Below, piece by piece: positions 54,141-64,000 of a DNA stretch of 64,000 bases. Positions within the stretch are counted from its first letter, which is position 1. Every line of letters begins with the position of its first letter. Where the stretch lies: assembly GCF_009914755.1 (NCBI RefSeq), contig NC_060929.1; one strand, 5' to 3'. Source of the DNA: the human T2T-CHM13v2.0 reference genome, Homo sapiens. The notes under the pieces are model-generated. The model saw nothing but the letters and a program-made list of their open reading frames with translations, did not search any database and had not been told where the DNA came from. A program made the translations under genes and the position numbers.

Positions 54141-54667
54141 CTAATGAGAAAACAAAATAAATTATTATAAAATAACATAGGTTAAGTTGCTTTATTTCAA
54201 ATAAAAACTGTAGTTAAGGTTGAAATCCCTGTTGTTTTCTTCCTAGCCCCCATTACAGGCAACCATGATAATCAGTAGTATTTATGTTATTATCTTCTCC
54301 GTGTGTGTATATATATATGCTTCTGTGTTTGTGTAGGTACACATAAACCATGAAAATATTGCTGTGTGGCTGGGCGCGGTGGCTCACGCCTGTAATCCCA
54401 GCACTTTGGGAGGCCGAGGCAGGTGGATCATGAGGTCAGGAGATCGAGACCGTCCTGGCTAACACGGTAAAACTCGGTCTCTACTAAAAACATAAAAAAT
54501 TAGCTGGTGGGGGGGATGGCGGGTGCCTGTAGTCCCAGCTACTTGGGAGGCTGAGGCAGGAGAATGGCGTGAACCCAGGAGGCGGAGCCTGGGCGACAGA
54601 GCAAGACTCCATCTCCAAAAAAATAAAAGAGAGACAAAAAATTTAAAAGATAGTAAAAAAGAATTTA

Positions 54668-55243
<576 letters not shown>

Positions 55244-55304
55244 TTATAATTGATAAAAAGCACAATGAAATATTTGATTCATATTTTTAGCTCTATAAAA
55301 AGGC

Positions 55305-57717
<2,413 letters not shown>

Positions 57718-57800
57718 TAAGAAAGTCCATTGTTTTCTATTCAAGTAATAAAATTTTACTGAGGTCATGTACGCTTAACTGATGAGAAGCAATAATTTAC

Positions 57801-57898
57801 CATGAAACTTCCTCTGCAGTTCCTGTTGCATTTGCTGGGGATTTCCGTTTTCAGGACGCATGAATCCTATCAGCCTCTGCTGCACTTTAGCAGTAGTA
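57801..57898 (-). CDS. NUP155: NUP155 exon (~21), 98 nt
   Basis: tttcag|TACTACTGCT...CATG|gtaaat; [32 protein letters not shown]. Confidence 0.95.
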
Positions 57899-58276
57899 CT
57901 GAAACAGAAATTGCAGAATGTGTGTGTTTATAACAGCTTTATTGAGATATAACACATACAGTACAATTCAAACATTTAATATGTTTACTTTTTTTAAATA
58001 ATTCAGAAGGTTGGGCAACCAACACCAGAAGGGCTGATGGCCAGAAAAAATTTATGACACAGACTAAACAGATGCTACTTAAAATGACTGAGATTAAATC
58101 AATTAAATGACTGAGAACATCAGCTATAAATTTTCCTAACCTGTAGAAAAAAAAAGATCAAGTAAAAAGAGGGGGTAAAGGAGAGAAAGGAAGGAAGGAA
58201 ATTACGGAAGAGAAGAAACAAGCTAGATACAAAAGAGTTAATATGATTCTCCAAAGAGAATGGGACAGAAGAAACA

Positions 58277-58512
58277 TAGATTGAGTATCCCTAATAAAAA
58301 AAAAAACTAACATCTGAAATGTCCCCAAATCTGAAACGTTTTGCACATCAGCATGATGCTCAAAGGAAATGCGCACTGGAGCAATTTCGATTTCAAATTT
58401 TCGGAATGGGGTGCTCAACCTAAGTATAATGCAAATATTTAAAAATCAAAAAAAACGTGAAAGCCAAAACACTTCTGGTTCCAAACAGTTCGGATAAGGG
58501 ATATTCAATGTG
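58277..58512. mobile_element. Tigger4a/MER46-like TcMar MITE
   Basis: Imperfect TIRs ttgagtatcccta... / ...ataagggatattcaa; internal atgatgctcaaaggaaatgc. Confidence 0.75.
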
Positions 58513-60875
58513 TATCACAATACATAAAAAACGAGAGAAGAAAACTGATCAAAGCCAAGACGTTCATTCTTAAGGCTCACTGAGAGCTGTAAAGAAGATA
58601 TACCTAAAGACATCATGTGACTTTTGAATTTCGGTAACAAAAAGAAAAAAACACAAAAAAATTTCAAAGTAAACACTAAGTCACTTACAAAGGAAGGAGA
58701 ATCATACAGATAATGTACTTTTTCATCTACAACATTAAACTTTGGGAAGAAAATGGTGCAAAATGTATACGAAGATCTGAGAAATGGTCTATGATCTTAA
58801 AATCCCACATTCATTGGGCAATAAAAACGAACAAAGCATGAATACATCCTACCACATAAATCTCAAACATGAGCCCCCAAAACACACTAAGTGAAAGAAG
58901 CCAGACTCAAAGACCACACAGTATGATTCTGTTTATATGACATGTCAAGAATAGGCACATCTACAGAGATAGAGCAGATCAGTAAGTGTCTGGGGCTAAG
59001 AAGTGGGAATGGAAAGTGACTGCTAATGGACATGAGGTATGTCTCCTAGATAATGGAAGTGTGCTAAAACTGGACTGTGGTGATGGTTGCACAATTCTAT
59101 GAATTTACTAAAAGTCACTGAACTGAACATTCAAAATGAGTAAATTTAGTGGTATGTAAAGTAGATCTCAAAAATCTGTTTAAAAAATTTCCATAGTCAA
59201 TGAAACTAATGTTATAGGAATCCAAGGGTTGGTCGAAATTAGGACATGTATTAACTCTATTGTTAAAGGTAAGGGGGAAAATGATATGATCATCTCTGTA
59301 AAATGCAGTAAATACATTTGACAAACTCACTTATTGAATATGGTAAGCATATTCAATATGTTAAATATATGAATATGTTAAACATATTCAATAAGGGCTG
59401 AGTGCGGATGGCTCATGCCTAAAATCCCAGCATTTTTTGAGGCCAAGACAGGAGGATCACCTAAGCCCAGGAGTGCAAGATCAACGTGGGCAAAACAGTG
59501 AGAACTTGTCTCTACAAAATGTGAAATAAAAAAATTAGCTGAGCATGGTAGCATGTGCCTGTAGTCCCAACTACTCAGGAGGCTGAGGTGGGAGGATCAC
59601 TTGAAGCTGGGAGGTCAAAGTTGCGGTGAGCCGTGATCATGCCACTGCACTCCGGCCTGGGCAACAGAGTGAGACCAGTCTCAAAAAAGAAAACCAAAAA
59701 ACACCTCAAGTAAGGGTGGATGCAGTGGGTCATGCCTGTAATCCCAGCACTTTGGGAAGCTAAGGAGGGAGCATAACTTGAGGCCAAGAGTTTTAGACCA
59801 GCCTGGGCAACACAGTGAGACCCTATCTCTGAGAAAAATAAGAAAAAATCAGCCAGGTGTGGCAGCACATGCCTGTAGCCCCAGCTACTCAGGCGGCTGA
59901 GTCTGAGATTGCAGGGAATAATGATCACATCACTGCACTCCAGCCTCAATGACAGAGCAAGATTGCCTAAAAAAGAAAAAAAAAGAGAAAAGACAGACAG
60001 AGATAAGTGGCAGGGCGCAGCGGCTCATGCCTGTAATCCCAGCACTTTGGGAGGCTGAGGCGGGTGGATAACCTGAGGTTGGGAGATTGAGACCAGCCTG
60101 ACCAACAAGGAGAAACCCCGTCTCTACTAAAAATACAAAATTAGCTGGGCGTGGTGGCTCATGCCTGTAATCCCAGCTACTCAGGAGGCTGAGGCAGGAG
60201 CATCGCTTGAACCCGGGAGGCGGAGGTTGCGGTGAGCCGAGGATCATGCCATCGCACTCCAGCCTAGGTAATAAGAGTGAAACTCTGTCTCAATTAAAAA
60301 GAAAAAGAGAGAGAGAGAGATTACCTTGTGCAGAGAGGAGAAAGCAAGTAGAGCTAGACAAGAAAAGATGGAAAAGATGAAACTATCTCTGTTTGCAGAT
60401 GACAGAACTGCTTCTGTGACAATTCAAGAAACATCAATGAAAAAAACATCCTGCTAAAAACTGTAAAGATAAATGAGTAATTAAGAGAAATTAGAAGTAG
60501 ATTAGAAAATTTACATATAATTGCAGATGTAATGGTAAAATTCAATTAACAAAAGACCATAATGTTAGAAAAAAAACCAAACAAACTAAAAACATCTGAC
60601 AAGTAAAATTCCAGATAATTTGGAGGGAGAGGGATGGCAGTAGAAGGCAAGGAAACAAAATGTAATAGAGTTTGTTAAATTATTAATGCTGACTGAGATG
60701 CATGTCTGTCAGAATTTAAGACTAACAGAGGAAGAAAAATCATATGTAGAACTTCTTAATTGGTGTTTAAGGTAGAGAGAGGCCTGATCAATCCAATACA
60801 ATAAGGAAATGGGAAAGGGAAGAAAATAAACAAAAAGCACAAATTCAGGATGGGGAGAAAAAAATCAAACATTTA

Positions 60876-61607
<732 letters not shown>

Positions 61608-61687
61608 TTACTTAGACTCTGTTTTTGCTTTTAAAGAAGTGTATATTTATGTATGCTTTATTATTTATTTATGATATTTTTTTTTGA

Positions 61688-61789
<102 letters not shown>

Positions 61790-61835
61790 TAGCTAGTAGC
61801 TGGGATTACAGGCATGTGCCACCACACCTGGCTAG

Positions 61836-61982
<147 letters not shown>

Positions 61983-62332
61983 TAGTGACAAGGTCTCCTA
62001 TATTGCCCAGGCTGGTCTCGAACTCCTGGCTTCAAGCAATCCTCCTGCCTTGGCTTTCCAAAGTGTTGGGATTATAGGTGTGAGCCACTCTGCCTGGCCT
62101 ACATATGCTTTAAAAAGATTATACTGTAATACCTCGTTAACAATTCTAAGGAGTGATGTGACTCCCCCAATGCCATGTGATTATTATTTTTCAACAAAAA
62201 GTCCGTATTATATTAGAGGCTTAAAAATATCCATTCTTGGCTGGGCGCGGTGGCTCACGCCTGTAATCTCAGCACTTTGGGAGGCCGAGGCGGGCGGATC
62301 ACGAGGTCAGGAGATCGAGACCATCCTGGCTA

Positions 62333-62881
<549 letters not shown>

Positions 62882-63292
62882 TCAGGAGTTCAAGACCAGC
62901 CTGGTCAACATGGTGAAACCCCGTCTCCGCTGAAAATACAAAGAAGAATTAGCTGGGCATGGTGGTGCACATCTGTAATCTAAGCTACTTGGGAGGCTGA
63001 GGCAGGAGAATTGCTTGAACCTGGGAGGCGGAGGTTGCTGTGAGCCAAGTTGGAGCCTTCGTACTCCAGCACGGGTGACAGAGCAAGAGTCCGTCTAAAC
63101 ACATGTCCACACAAAAACTTGTACAGGAATGCTCATATCAGCATTCTTATTAGCCAAAAAGCTGAAACAACCCAAATATCTATCAACTGATAAACTGAGA
63201 AATGAGACAAGTAGTAATACATGCTACAACAATCAAACCTTGAAAACATGCTTGGGGAAAGAAACAGACACCAAAGGTTATCTGTTGCATAC

Positions 63293-63515
63293 TTCCATTT
63301 ATATAAATATTTCTATAAAGATTCCATGTATATAAATATGTCTATAAATATTCCATTCATATAAATATTTCTATATTCCATTTATATAACTATATTTCTA
63401 TAAATATTCCATTTATATAACTATATTTCTATAAACATTCCATTTACATATATTCATATAATATATTTATATATTGTGTATCTTATGTAATATATAAAAT
63501 ATAATATTTATATAA
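63293..63515 (+). repeat. AT-rich ~30-bp tandem repeat decaying into (TA)-rich sequence, inside an L1M fragment (63100-63760)
   Basis: About five to six copies of ttccatttatataa(ct)atatttctataaa(t/g/c)a. L1 text continues on both sides. Confidence 0.8.
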
Positions 63516-63804
63516 ATAGTCAGAAAAGGCAGATCTGTGGAGACAGAAAGTAGATTAGTGGTTGCCAGGGACTGGGGGAAGGTCCATGAATAATAATGGC
63601 TGGTCATGGGCACAAGAGTTTCTTATTGCTGTGATGAAAATGTTCTAAAATTAGATAGTGGTGATGGTTGCATAACCTTGTAGATACACTAAAAAATACT
63701 AAACTGCACACTTTAAAAGGACCAACTTTGTAGTATGTAAATCATCTCAACAAAAAATACAACGAAAAGAAAAAGATGAATTAATAAACCCTATTTATTC
63801 TTAC

Positions 63805-63920
63805 TTTGGATTTCCTAATGGTCCTCCTGCAAACTGGGAGTTTCTGTCTAGAAATTCCTGCAAACCCTTTAGTTCTTGTAGCACTGACTCTAGCAGTTGG
63901 CAGGGAACACTACTTTCAAT
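63805..63920 (-). CDS. NUP155: NUP155 exon (~20), 116 nt
   Basis: ttacag|ATTGAAAGT...CCAAA|gtaaga; [38 protein letters not shown]. Confidence 0.95.
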
Positions 63921-64000
63921 CTGTAAAAATGAAAGATTTTTCAAAAGTTTAAAAACACACCCTCTGTATAGCTATAATATAAACAATTTTAATTTTGAAA

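Overview
Human genomic DNA, very rich in Alu, L1 and LTR sequence. The right half (about 31.7-64 kb) holds the last 16 coding exons of the nucleoporin gene NUP155 on the minus strand. All introns are GT-AG, the phases join into one 694-codon frame ending ...QAKLERLH*, and a probable long 3' UTR runs to about 27.95 kb. The left half lies downstream of the gene and is a stack of nested insertions: an L1PA ORF2 fragment, a near full-length HERV-L provirus (MLT2A LTRs, tRNA-Leu PBS, gag-pro-pol-dUTPase, 5-bp TSD), a Kanga/MER104-type DNA transposon, LTR40, a truncated LTR7 inside an Alu, a MER9 solo LTR, and a CBX3 (HP1-gamma) retrocopy broken up over about 6 kb by a THE1 element and several Alus. 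NUP155 introns carry a young AluYb8/9 and a full SVA. The best candidates for undescribed biology are (i) a structured box C/D snoRNA-like element in a NUP155 intron at 48751-48873, (ii) an inverted AluY/AluYb pair around the penultimate exon that could yield a human-specific alternative C-terminus escaping NMD, (iii) the CBX3 retrocopy, which seems to record an exon-2-skipped mRNA, and (iv) a microhomology-bounded inversion inside the THE1 element. Gene identity, exon numbers and repeat subfamilies come from recalled sequences, not from database searches.
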